DNA of 63,801 bases, filler included, from Octopus bimaculoides (taxonomy: Eukaryota): the NCBI RefSeq assembly GCF_001194135.2. It is 7 parts of 7 records of this genome, joined end to end, with 100 filler letters (N's around TTAATTAATTAA, not from the genome) between each part and the next. Parts side by side here need not be neighbours in the genome. Positions count along the whole stretch, not along the records: positions 31,082 to 49,421 come from NC_068996.1; positions 49,522 to 56,615 come from NC_069010.1; 5 more parts are not named here. One strand, written 5' to 3'. Position numbers and translations under genes: made by a program. The notes beneath the pieces were generated by a model. That model was given only the letters and a program-made list of their open reading frames with translations, did not search any database and was not told the DNA's origin. Shown here piece by piece: positions 39,521 through 51,693 of this stretch; positions within the stretch are counted from its first letter, which is position 1; every line of letters begins with the position of its first letter.

Positions 39521-40604
39521 CTTTTTAAGTGGCACCTGTACTGACAGGGTCACTAAATACTTCCAAGACCAAAATCTTTTGAGGGGAGAGAGAGCATTGG
39601 AGGAGGTGAACTTGTGTGAGGTGCTGAAAGGCGACAGTGAAACAGAAACAGATGCCTTGTTGTAGNNNNNNNNNNNNNNNNNNNNNNNNNNNNNNNNNNN
39701 NNNNNNNNNNNNNNNNNNNNNNNNNNNNNNNNNNNNNNNNNNNNNNNNNNNNNNNNNNNNNNNNNNNNNNNNNNNNNNNNNNNNNNNNNNNNNNNNNNNN
39801 NNNNNNNNNNNNNNNNNNNNNNNNNNNNNNNNNNNNNNNNNNNNNNNNNNNNNNNNNNNNNNNNNNNNNNNNNNNNNNNNNNNNNNNNNNNNNNNNNNNN
39901 NNNNNNNNNNNNNNNNNNNNNNNNNNNNNNNNNNNNNNNNNNNNNNNNNNNNNNNNNNNNNNNNNNNNNNNNNNNNNNNNNNNNNNNNNNNNNNNNNNNN
40001 NNNNNNNNNNNNNNNNNNNNNNNNNNNNNNNNNNNNNNNNNNNNNNNNNNNNNNNNNNNNNNNNNNNNNNNNNNNNNNNNATAGAGATGGGGGTGCTACT
40101 GGATAGCAATGACACAGAGAAGCAGGGCCATGAGGACAGGATTGAGGAGTGAGAGGTAAGCATGATGGAGGAAATGTGAGGAAGAGAAGAGATGTAGAGA
40201 CGTAGTTTGGCTTGTTGGGTTAAGGTGTGTGAAAAGTTTTCGTGTTATGTGTGGGTGGTACACATGTCAGAGGCTAGCAGATAACAATGATACAATGAGA
40301 CAGGGCCAAGAGAATGGGATTGGGGAATGGGAAGTAAGAAGAATGCATGAAAGTGGAAATGTGAGGAAGAGAAGAGATGTAGAGATGTAGTTTGGTTTAT
40401 TGGGGTAGGGTATGTGAAAGTTTTCTTGTTACATATGGGTAGAATACACAGTGCTTCTAGAACTCAGTTTCACTGATGTGGGCAGGTCTTCTCAAGAACC
40501 TTATACCACCAGACATCACAGTGCATTGTCATTTCCTCTGTGAAACCCAACATCCTGAGGTTTGTCCTTACCACTTCATACCATGTCTTCCTGGGTTTCC
40601 CTCT

Positions 40605-41060
40605 CTTTCATCATCATTGTCGTCGTCGTTTAAGGTCCGCTTTCCATGCTGGCATGAGTTGGATGGTTTGACTGAGGACTGGCAAACCAGGAGGTTGCAC
40701 CAGGCTCCAATCTTATACGGCAAAGTTTCTACAGCTGGATGCCCTTCCTAGCACCAACTACTCTGAGAGTGTAGTGGGTGTTTTTTACATGCCACCAGCA
40801 TGGGGGCCAGTCAGGCAGTACTGGCATCATCTATGCTCAAATGATGCTTTTTACATATCACAAGTACAGGAGCCAGTCAGGTGGCACTGGCAGCGACCAC
40901 ACTCAAATGGCGCTATTTATGTGCCACTGGCACTGACATCAGCCATGCTCAAATGGTGCAGTTTACATGCCACCGGCACAGGTGCCAGTCAGGCAGCACT
41001 GGCATCAGCCATGACTGCGATTTCACATGACTCAGCATGTCTTCTCAAGCACAGTATATT
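40605..41060 (-). mobile_element. RTE 3'-UTR fragment with about 4 internal tandem units
   Basis: tttctacagctggatgcccttcct; repeated gccagtcagg..cactggca units. Confidence 0.8.
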
Positions 41061-41099
41061 ACCCAGCAACTGAAGGGTACTTTTAAATGGGCCAAAGCA

Positions 41100-41480
41100 C
41101 AGACAGGTGTAGCTGTGCAATTCACATGGTTTCCGGTTCAGTCCCACTGCGTGGTATCTTGGGCAAGTGTCTTCTACTATAGCATATGGTTGGTTAATAC
41201 CTTGTGAGTGGATTTGGTAGAAGGGAACTGAAAGAAGTATGAGGTGTGTGTGGTGGTGGAGTGAGTGTGTGTCATTGTATGTGTTTATCCCCCACCACCA
41301 TCTGACAACCAATGGGGTGTTTATATCTCTGTAACTTAGCAGTTCAGCAAAAGATACTGATAGAGTAATTACCAGGCTCATAAAAAAAAAAAGTGCTGGG
41401 GACGATTTATTCTACTAAAATTCTTCAATGTAGTGCCCCGCAGAATCAGTCTAAAGATTGAAACAAATATAAAGAAGAAA
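41100..41480 (+). mobile_element. CORE-type SINE
   Basis: cagtcccactgcgtggtatcttgggcaagtgtcttctactatagc through tail. Confidence 0.8.
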
Positions 41481-41559
41481 AAAGATAGATAGATGGATGG
41501 ATACATACATACAGACAGACAAACAGACATAAATACAAGTACATCCCTTGACCAAGTTT

Positions 41560-42771
41560 GCTTATATGGGACTAATAATATCATAAGATGTGAAAGGTAG
41601 CTCCTTGAGCAACATTCTTTGTCTGATAACCTAGAATACATGTCCAAAGAAGTCGCACGACTCTACCACAACGTATCATCAGATGAAAGGATGAGCCTAT
41701 ATGAGCAGAAGACTCTGCATGGATATGTTAGTAGAAAACTCCATGATGATAGTAACACCGATCATCAAAGCAGTTTATCATGGACCAATAGCCGGATTAC
41801 TACCTCCCACTTTTGTAATCCAGGAATAAGAAATATCAACCAAGTACCTGATGCACAAAAGGGACAGAGATGCAGGAAAAGCAGTAAAATGTGACAACTG
41901 ATGCAGACATTATAGAATTCACTCCAAAGATATCACACACATCATAATCAGTTGTCCAAAAATGTCGTCACAACATTATCTACCGATGAGACGTGATGCG
42001 GTAGTTAGGACACCCTATAATGAAATCCATTGGAAGGATAACCCCAAGGACAAAGAAATAAGATCCACAGTATAGTAGAAGCCATAGCCACTCATGATAA
42101 AAAGGAGTACTGGTGGAATTTCCTCAATAAAATGTAAGCACAATAGACCTGGTATAATGATTTGGAATAGAGAAGAGAAACTGTACACAGTTGTGGAAAT
42201 TAGCTGTCCAGCAGATGTTAACATAAAGCTGAAGATCAGTGAAAAAGAGAACACCTATGCTGAACTATGGAGTAATCTGCTGTTACTTTATCTGGATTAC
42301 AAGTTCAAGTTTATACCTGTAATTATTGGGTCCTTGGAATATGTAACACACTGCCTAAATACCAATCTTGAGAAAATAGGCTTCTCAAAACTAGAAAAGA
42401 GAAAGCTAATTCGAAGACTACAGATTCAATCCATCACTGGCACTGTTAAAATCTGTAAAACTTTCCAGAAGTTTATCATTTAAATATATATGAGAAACAT
42501 TCGAGCAAGGTCATTGCCAGTGACGCTAGACTCGCTCCTGTGCAGGTGGCATGGAAAAAACACCATTTGAGCGTGGCCATTGCCAGTACCGCCTGACTGG
42601 CACGTAAAAGCACCCACTACACTTTCGGAGTGGTTGGCGTTAGGAAGGGCATCCAGCTGTAGAAATTCTGCCAAATCAGATAGGAGCCTGGTGTAGCCAT
42701 CTGGATCACCAGTCCTCAGTTAAATCGTCCAACCCATGCTAGCATGCTAGCATGGAAAGCAAACGTTAAAC

Positions 42772-42818
<47 letters not shown>

Positions 42819-42900
42819 CGATGGTGGTGGTGGTGATGATATATGAGCATGTCTAAATATGTAACTATATGCATGAGAATAGACATAAAGCAAAACATAC
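41560..42900 (+). mobile_element. R4/Dong-like LINE 3' end with zinc knuckle and restriction-like endonuclease (relic)
   Basis: DITHIIISCPKMSSQHYLPMR (CCHC knuckle remnant); KCKHNRPGIMIWNREEK..VVEISCP (PD-(D/E)xK-type RLE); IPVIIGSL; ORF 42094-42483. Confidence 0.8.
42495..42838 (+). mobile_element. RTE 3' fragment inserted into the R4-like 3'-UTR
   Basis: (GAT)n tail; 9-bp TSD atatatgag at 42486-42494 and 42839-42847. Confidence 0.8.
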
Positions 42901-43857
42901 AAATTTGCATGTATACATACGTACATACATACGTACATACATACATGTAGATTGTGTATAGATGTACATATGTTTGTATATATAGAAACAGACGCCTGCG
43001 CCACGCAACACACTGCTTGACAACTTAGTAATTTAGCAAAAGAAACCAACACAGTAGGCACCAGACTTTTAAAAAATAGTTCTACGAGTTAATTTGTTCA
43101 ACTAAAAACCTTTTAAGTCGGTGCCGCAGCGTGGGTGCAGTCAAATGAATGAAACAAATAAAAGATAACATAAATTATATTGTATATAGAACTACGTTAT
43201 TCGATTCATGATTATTTTATTCATTTAAGTCGAATAAACTGTCGTAATTTATTAATTATTCGTAATCAGAATAAAACTATTATTCGAGTGAAGGGAGGTA
43301 ACTCAGTCATACAGAGATATTTTTCCTGTAGCAAGCTTAATCTGATATAAACACGCACACACATTTTTTGGAAATCCATTTACTTGTTACAATCAATGCA
43401 GTCATACTGGAGTATTATCTTGAAATTTTTAGTTGAACAAATCAATGTCAATATTTTCTTTTTTGTTTTTTTGTTTTTTTTTAAATCTGTTACTTATTCA
43501 GTCAGTTTCTTTTATTTCCAACAAACTGTTGAGTCACTGAGACTTAGTTGTCAAGTGGTGCGGGGGAGATAAACACAGCAATACAAATACACACACACAC
43601 ACACACACACATACGAATATATGCGATGGGCTTCGAACATAGCGTGTTATAAATAACTGAACTTCACAAACAAGAAGAAGAGGGGCCACAAGTGGTGTGA
43701 GGCTATGAGGGAAAAGATGCCTCTATCAAGAGAAAAACTAATGAATAAAAAAATTATGGGGTGAAGAAATAAAGGTATGTATGTGTGAATGGATGGATGC
43801 ATGATGTATGCATGTATGTATATAAGCATGCATGTATAAATTTATTATAGATGAGAG

Positions 43858-44084
43858 GGTAATTTTTCAGATTAACACTCACACAATTTTCACAAGGATT
43901 TTAGGGTTAGGGTTTTAGGGTTACAGTTACGGTTAGGGTTTAAGGTTAGGGTTACGGTTATGGTTAGGGTGTTAGGGTTAGGGTTTTAGGATTACGGTTA
44001 GGGAATTCCGTCCCTAACCCTAACCGTAACCCTAACCATAACACCCTAGTGAAGATCGTGCGAGTGTTAATCTGAAAATTTACC
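43858..44084. mobile_element. Merlin-type MITE containing inverted telomeric-like arrays
   Basis: ~38-bp TIRs GGTAA..ttcac / gtgaa..TTACC; 8-bp flanks gatgagag/aatgagag; (TTAGGG)-like then (CCCTAA)-like interior. Confidence 0.75.
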
Positions 44085-44372
44085 AATGAGAGTATGTATG
44101 TATGTATACATGTGTGCTTGTGTGTGCATCGACATGTGTATGTATGTATACATATATGAATATATATATGTATTTAACTTTATGTGTGTATGTACAATAC
44201 CTCCCACTCCTTTTCCACCTAAAGCTACAGTACAAGAACACAGTCACATAATTGTGAATTAAACTTCTTAAGCACACAACTTTCCTTGAGCCTGTGCAGA
44301 CAGACAGGCAGATGGACGGACGGACAGACAGACAGACAGACAGAGAGTTATGTATTATTATATTTATATAAA

Positions 44373-44692
44373 TGGCACTCCATCAGTTACGATGATGAGG
44401 TTTCCACTTGATCCAATCAACAGAACAGCCTGCTCATTAAATTAACATGCAAGTGGCTGAGCACTCCACAGACACATGTGCCCTTAATATAATTCTCAAG
44501 GTGATTCAGCATGACAATGTGTGACATGGCTGGCCCTTTGAAATGCAGGTACAACTCATTTTTGCCAGTTGAATGTACTGGAGCAATGTTAAATAAAGTG
44601 TCTTGCTCAAGGACACAACATGTCTCCAGGAATTGAACTCATGACCTTATGATCATGAGCCGAATACCCTAACCACTAACCCATGCGCTTCC
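44373..44692 (-). mobile_element. Chimeric SINE: fourth-type head/core with third-type tail
   Basis: gtgtcttgctcaagg core as in 54200-54550; tail ggcactcc..gtggctgagcactccacagacac as in 35060-35443. Confidence 0.75.
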
Positions 44693-44744
44693 ACACACGC
44701 ACATACAAACACACACACATACATATGTGTGTCCATGTGTGTGC

Positions 44745-44782
<38 letters not shown>

Positions 44783-45604
44783 CTATATACATAAATGTGT
44801 AATGGTGTTTGTTTGTATGTATGTTTGGGATTACACTAACTCCTCCCACACCATCCAACCAACTTTAATGATTTTTGGCACATAGGTAGATCACATGCCT
44901 TAGAGTTCAAATAGAGTTCAAATTTGTAGTCCTCTTCCACAAGGGAGGTTCCGTTGAAAATTTTGTTAAAAAGTTTGCCAGGAAGGGTCAGATGAGAGGG
45001 ATCCTCACCTGTACCAAGGACCCTAGTTGGCCTCTGCAGGTGACTGTGGAGGTCGTGTGGGAGATAGACTTGTGCAGGGTGATGAATTCCTTCCCCAAAG
45101 ACACATTCCTCTTCTTACTGAAGTTGCCCGATGAAGAACCAGCGAGGTGCTTAAGTGAAGCACGGAGTCTGGTCGGGCGGTATAATGTAAGAGGACGAGT
45201 GCCTCATATTGAAAGGGCTTGTGGCCCATAAAAAGAAAAGTGTAAGAGGCAAGTGACTCATTACAAAGACATGATAAATTGAAACTGCAAAGTAAGAGGT
45301 TTATAGCCTCACATTGTAAATTTATGTATAAATTTATAAAAGAACAATAATTTAGAGAAGCAGAGTTCGGCGGGCGGCTCTTGTCTTCTCCCATTAATAC
45401 CATATTAATCATCATTCATCTCATCTCATTAATGCGTTTGTCCAGCCCGTAGCTACTCCTCTGTGTACTGCCTTTATGGAAAATTGAATGAAATAAAGTA
45501 GCTTGCTTACCAATGACATGGTTCCAGGTTCTGTCCCACTGTGTGGCACCTGGGGCAAGTATATATATATTATCTGAATTTTATAGTATTAAATATCCAT
45601 TGTA

Positions 45605-45694
45605 GCTAATCTTACCAATCAGTTTCACATAAAGAATTCCAAGGAGTGTTGGGTAACAATCCAATTATATAACTTTACGCTCATCAGAGACAGC
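45605..45694 (-). ncRNA. Type I hammerhead ribozyme motif
   Basis: CUGAUGA (plus tcatcag 45681-45687); stem II gcgtaaag/ctttatgt; GAAA 45623-45626; stem III acu/ggu; GUA 45613-45615; stem I gctgtct/agattagc with one bulge. Confidence 0.78.
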
Positions 45695-45886
45695 CGCTAT
45701 GGAAGGAAATATGGTGACTGCTCTCTATTGTCAGGGGTGGTATAGCACAACCAGTCAGTAGCTGGTATGAAAAAAGTGGTAAAACAAAAAAGGGTCCAGG
45801 GGATTGGGTTAGGAGTTATGTCCCATTCTACTGACGGATATATGAGTGCATCTTCTCCCTGACTTATGGTCTCTTAGACAACTTAC

Positions 45887-45925
<39 letters not shown>

Positions 45926-45987
45926 AATAAGAAAATGGAGATTGTTAAGTTAATAAGAGTTTATTGTCAACAACAAATTGGTCATTA

Positions 45988-46070
45988 TCCCTTACAGCTG
46001 TTTCAATTATACATAGTGAAATTAGTTAAGTATTAAGTTCATATTTCTGAGCATAATCTCTTCAGAAGGA
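45988..46070 (-). ncRNA. Type I hammerhead ribozyme motif
   Basis: Stem I tcctt/aggga; CUGAAGA 46059-46065; 8-bp stem II gattatgc/gtataatt; GAAA 46001-46004; palindrome ACAGCUGU; GUA 45993-45995. Confidence 0.82.
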
Positions 46071-48629
46071 AAAATATACCCTTAGATGTTTTGTACGTTT
46101 GTTTGTAGATTTATCACAGCAGACTGAATGATACTGTTTATGATTTATACTTATATGTGTTTGGGCAAGGGGTCTGTGTCACTCAAATGGAGAAATACAG
46201 TATATCCAAGATGGCTACAAGAAGTCCAAGATGGGAAAATGGGCTGCTATTGGTCAAGATGGGTCACATGATGTTATTAGAAATGAGATCATCATTTTAA
46301 TGACACCTGTTGCATTAGAAAAGAGAATTTCTTGGACCACATGGCTGCACAGGAAGCTGGTGATGCCTTGGTGTCTGGGGGACCTTTGTAGGTACTTGGA
46401 AGCTGACAGAAGCAAGGCCAGTGTGTGTGTATGTGTGTGTGTGTGTGTACCAGATGTATGAGTGTGTGTGTTATTGATTGTATGATTGTGTGCATGTGAA
46501 TATATGTGCATTAGTGTCTGCTGTATACACATGTGTAAACATGTTTAGAATACATGTATGGGTGTGTGCATAAGTATGTACGTTCTTACAATTGTGTATA
46601 AATATATGAGTGCATGTGTGTTTGTCTGAAAGAACAAATATACAAATGTGCACGTGTTTTTGTCCAGTATGTGCATGTGTATATATATATGTGCATGCTT
46701 TTGGTATTTATATGTGCAGGTGTGATAGATGTATGCTAGTGTCATTGCAACAGCATTGCTGGTAGGGGGGATGAAAAGGTGATGAACTGTTTCGTGGGAG
46801 GGAGGAAAGACTGATGTATACACACTTAGATGTATGTGTGTGTGAATAGATGTTTGTGTATATAGATGTGTGTGTGTGTGTGCACATGTGCATGTGTGTG
46901 TGTGTGCACATGTGCATGTGTGTGTGTGTGCGTGTATTTGTATATGCACACCATGTTTATGGAAGTGAATGTATGGGAGTTACAGGAGATATATAAGAAC
47001 ATGGGGTTAGCCAGCAGTCTGCATAGGCATTGGTGGTTAAGAACTCTGTTTTTAGTTGTGGGGTAGCCAGTGGGGTGCCAAAAAGTTCCAGGCTTTGTGT
47101 AAAAGAAAATACAGGAAGATCAATCAATCATGATTTTATACAACATATTCTTCTCTTGGATTCACAAGCTTATTGCAGCAGTCCTTCAGTTTTTCTAAGC
47201 CCTGTAAAAGAACTCAGAAGGTTGGGACTCCAGTTAGGCCTTTTGCGATATTTTTAAAGCTAGGAACTGTTCAGTACTGCCTCGTAACAAGGAAAACATG
47301 CTTGGAAGAGAATTCCAAAGAATTGGACATAATGGTTAAAATGGGAATTGAGAATGAGGTAGTGGACATAATACAGGGTGATCAAAGGAAAGAGTGACAG
47401 TAAGCCAGCCGTGTTTGATTGGATGTGATATGGGATCAGCTAGCACCAAGGAACAAAAGAGAAAAAGTGAAGGAAGTGCAGCAGAAAAGATAAAGCAAGG
47501 AGTCAACATTCTAAGTGCCAGAGACTGAAGTCAGTTGCTGAATTACATCATACTAATAAATAAGGTAGTAATTAAAGGCATGAGGTCTAAGTTCTCTGTT
47601 TGTATAGCAACAAATCTCTTCTATGTTTGTAAGTAATGTTTTATTATGGGTCTTCATAGATTTATTGATAGCTGAAGTATTTCTTGACCAAGAAGAGAAA
47701 GATTACTCTTTGGGATACAGTCTTTGCTAAGATGTATTCTACGGCTTTATAGAAGATACAGTCTTTAATGTTCTCAGTTTTTCTCTTGTCATTCACCATT
47801 ACAGCTAATATCTGTTCCTTCAAATGTTTTGTCTGCAGCATCCACCACTTGATTCCACCTAATTTACTTGTCATTCAATCCATTGTCTTGCCTTCCAGTT
47901 ATCACGCACATGTCTACTGGTGACCAATATATTATGGTCAACTGCATCAGCTGTTCAAACACACACACATAAATACACACAAATTTATATAAGCAGGAAC
48001 ACATACATATATACACACACACACACAGATACACTCACATGCACACAAAATCACACAAAGGTATGTGTGCATGCATGTATATGTACACATATTTGTTAGT
48101 AATGGTTGTAGCGGCGGTGGCGGTGGCGGCGGCGGTGGCGGTGGTGGTGGTGGTGGTGGTGGTGTTAGTGGAGTCGGTTGTTGTCGTCGTCATTGTCATC
48201 GTTTTATAGCAGTAATAATGGAAACGAGCCAAAGAGAGAAACTTTAAAGTGCGTACTGAAGTTGCTAGAAATAGCAGCTAAATCTCCCTCAGATCACTTA
48301 TCCAACCGATCAAACAATGNNNNNNNNNNNNNNNNNNNNNNNNNNNNNNNNNNNNNNNNNNNNNNNNNNNNNNNNNNNNNNNNNNNNNNNNNNNNNNNNN
48401 NNNNNNNNNNNNNNNNNNNNNNNNNNNNNNNNNNNNNNNNNNNNNNNNAATGCTGCTTTTGGAACATCTTTGGTCATAGGTCTGCTGGATGAGGTCATAG
48501 CTAGGACTTAATATCAACAATAACAACAACAATTACATAAGAAAATTTTCTCGTTCATGTTGCAGACAATTCAAACATTTCTATCTCCCTTTCTCTTGAT
48601 CTCCCTCTCTCTCTCTCTCTCTATCTATC

Positions 48630-48670
<41 letters not shown>

Positions 48671-48734
48671 TTCCTTTTCTCTTTCTCTCTCTCTCTCCCC
48701 CTCTCCTATTTTCTCTCTCTACTTCTCTTTCTCC

Positions 48735-49418
48735 TCATTTTCCTGAATTTCTGTTTCTCTTTTTTGTTTCATAATTTTGTTTGCATGAGTTGTCTGTTAG
48801 GTTATATGGGATTGGTTCGGGGGAATGGTAGTATTGTTGCCTTAGATTGTTATATGTGTGTGGGTGTCTATGAGTGTTTTGGTTAGTGATGTGTGTAACT
48901 CTAGTATGTGGGATGTTTCTTGATCTGGTGTTATTTTGTGTTGTTCTTGAGTTCGGTGGGGGCCAGTAATTTTGGGTCATAGGGTAGTAGTGACTAGCAT
49001 GTGGTGTGTTTCTTATCCTAGTGTTGTTTTGGGTTGTTATGGGGTGGTTATGCCTGGTATTGGGACCTTGTTGGTGTGTTCTGTTCCTGGTGTATGGGTG
49101 ATCTTGAGGTTTGGTGCAATCTATTTCATAAATGCGTTGTCGGAAAGCTTGTTCCATGTTTAGTTTTGGGTGGTTCAAAAGTGGTGGTTGTAAGTGATTT
49201 CTATTTATGGTGTATGGAGGGTAATGAGGAGGGTTGTTGTTGATTAAGTGGTTGAAATTGGTGGTGGTTTGTGCGTTGTTCAGTTTTTGTTTATTATTTA
49301 TAGTTCTTTTCTTTAGGAAAGGATTATCTGTGCTGAATTCTTGTTTAAAAGTTGATTCATATCTTTGGAAGAAATCATTGCTTTTTTCCCAGCGTAGGAG
49401 AGAGTTTCTTTCTTCCAT
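48735..49418 (-). other. 227-codon N/T/Q/H/P-rich ORF of unknown origin, abutting a gap
   Basis: Uninterrupted frame, but the strand is T-poor so stops are intrinsically rare; no motif recognised. Confidence 0.3.
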
Positions 49419-49521
49419 ATANNNNNNNNNNNNNNNNNNNNNNNNNNNNNNNNNNNNNNNNNNNNTTAATTAATTAANNNNNNNNNNNNNNNNNNNNNNN
49501 NNNNNNNNNNNNNNNNNNNNN

Positions 49522-49553
<32 letters not shown>

Positions 49554-49865
49554 CTAAAATTTATTAATAAGGGTAGAAATTGATATTAATCAATTAAAAC
49601 AAGTGGTCTAGCATATTAAAAAATCCGAAGATTAAAATTATATTACATACAAAAATAAGAGGAATGACCAGCAAAAGTGGACTCCTATATGCTAGAAATA
49701 GATGCCGAATCAGTCTGTTGTGTCGCTAATTTTTTACTGAGAACATATTTCTTCGTGGTTAGATGATTCGACATCTATTTCTAGCATATGGGAGTCCACT
49801 TTTGCTGGTCATTCCTCTTATTTTTGTATGTAATATAATTTTAATCTTCGGATTTTTTAATATGC

Positions 49866-49901
<36 letters not shown>

Positions 49902-49904
49902 CAT

Positions 49905-50420
49905 CTACCAAATCCACTCCTAAAGCTTTGATTGGCCCAGGGCTATAGTAGAAGACAATTGCCCAAGGTGTCATGCAGTGGGATTGAACACAAAACCAAA
50001 TGGTTGCAAAGCGATTTTCTTAACCATACATCCACGTCTGCACTTCTTTATATCTTCTACTTGTTTTACTCATTAGACTGTGGCCATGCTGGGGCACCAC
50101 CTTAGACAATTGACTTCAGTACATGTTTCTTTTTCAAACCTGGTATTTATTCTGTTAGTCTCTTTTGCCAGACTGCTAAGTTACAGGGATATAAACACAC
50201 TGACACCAGTTGTCAAACAATGGCAAGGGACAAACGCTGACACACACACACACGTACACACATACACACGATGGGCTTCTATCAGTTTCCATCTGTGAAA
50301 TCCACCCAAAAGGCTTTGGTTGACCCAATGCTATGGAAGAAGACACTTGCCCAAGGTGCTACACAGTGGGACTGAACCTAGAACCATGTGGTTGGGAAAC
50401 ACACTTCATACCACAGAGCC
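49905..50420 (-). mobile_element. Two adjacent CORE-type SINEs
   Basis: gaagacaattgcccaagg and gaagacacttgcccaagg cores with heads on the right. Confidence 0.8.
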
Positions 50421-50491
50421 TGTACCTATACATACACAAAAATACATTAACACACAAATTTACATTAACATAAAGAAATCTAATTTCTTAC

Positions 50492-50522
50492 CTTGAGATA
50501 TTTCTGAGAAGTGCTGTGTTGT
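50492..50522 (-). CDS. Candidate 31-bp micro-exon
   Basis: Strong AAG|GTAAGA donor but weak acceptor; (G)AC-NTALLRNIS-AG is phase-compatible with exon 56937-57121. Confidence 0.2.
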
Positions 50523-50553
50523 CTTTTACAATAAATATATGATTTATAAATAT

Positions 50554-50584
<31 letters not shown>

Positions 50585-51085
50585 GTAGATGTTTCTGCTG
50601 AGATAAATATTTATATAATATTATGTTTGATTATTATGCATATAATATTATATGATTCTGCTGAGATGAATATCTTTTATATAATATTACTTGTAATTGT
50701 TAGGATCTATAATATTATTTATGTTTCTGTTGAGGACAATCAGAACTGGCTTGGAATTCTGTTGGGTTGTTCTTGTCTTATGAAAGGTGTTTTTATGAAT
50801 GGATGAATGCTGTAGCCTTTATATATACATATGTAGCAGGACTAACTGTATAAGGCTTATATATATGTGTGTGTGTGTGTGTGTAAGTGTGTGTGTATTC
50901 CAGTTCCTATTGCACAACAAAGTCATACACTTAAATCTCATTTGTCAATCAGTATTGGTAAAATCCAATAATTTTATTTTTCATTCACAAAATTTCCATG
51001 TTGGTATCTACGTATTCCTGTTTCCTGATTCCGTGTGTTAAAGCATGGCTTTGATAAAAATACACTTCAATAAAAATAGATAAAT

Positions 51086-51117
<32 letters not shown>

Positions 51118-51444
51118 CCAACAGCAAATAAACATTTTGTGTACGTATCAGTATGTATGTGATTATGTGTTTATCTATATATCTAGATATCTATCAACCT
51201 ATTAGTCTATCTATTTATGTATTTATCTTCCTGTCTATCTACATATCTATCTGCCAATCTGTCTGTCTGTCTATCTATCTATTGAGCTATTTGTCTACCC
51301 ATCAATTTTTCTGTGTATGTATGCATGTATGTATATATGTATCTATCTATCTTTCTCTCTATCTATTTCTTTATCTATCTACCTATCTATTTATTTATCA
51401 ATATATATATGTGCATTTGTCTATCAGTATACGCACAAACACAT

Positions 51445-51485
<41 letters not shown>

Positions 51486-51648
51486 GCATGCATGTACACA
51501 CCAAACAAGGATTCTAATCCTAACATGACAACATGGAAATTTTATGAATGCCTTGCAAAGCTATTTTTACTCTATAATTGTATCTTATCCATAAGCAGAC
51601 CAATGATATTTAAGTGTCATTATTGATACATTATTTTTACATCATATC

Positions 51649-51682
<34 letters not shown>

Positions 51683-51693
51683 TTGTGTGTGTA

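Noticed and set aside
43900-44045. Ancient chromosome end-to-end fusion site
   Set aside because: Array is short and enclosed by TIRs and a TSD shared with other copies, so transposition explains it better.
47000-47880. Short ORFs KVGTPVRPF.. (+) and KHLKEQILAVMV.. (-)
   Set aside because: Only vague retroelement resemblance, no splice support; cannot assign.
50950-51042. Possible minus-strand terminal exon PCFNTRNQETGIRRYQHGNFVNEK*
   Set aside because: Acceptor plausible but phase-incompatible with the 57-kb exon, with no independent support.
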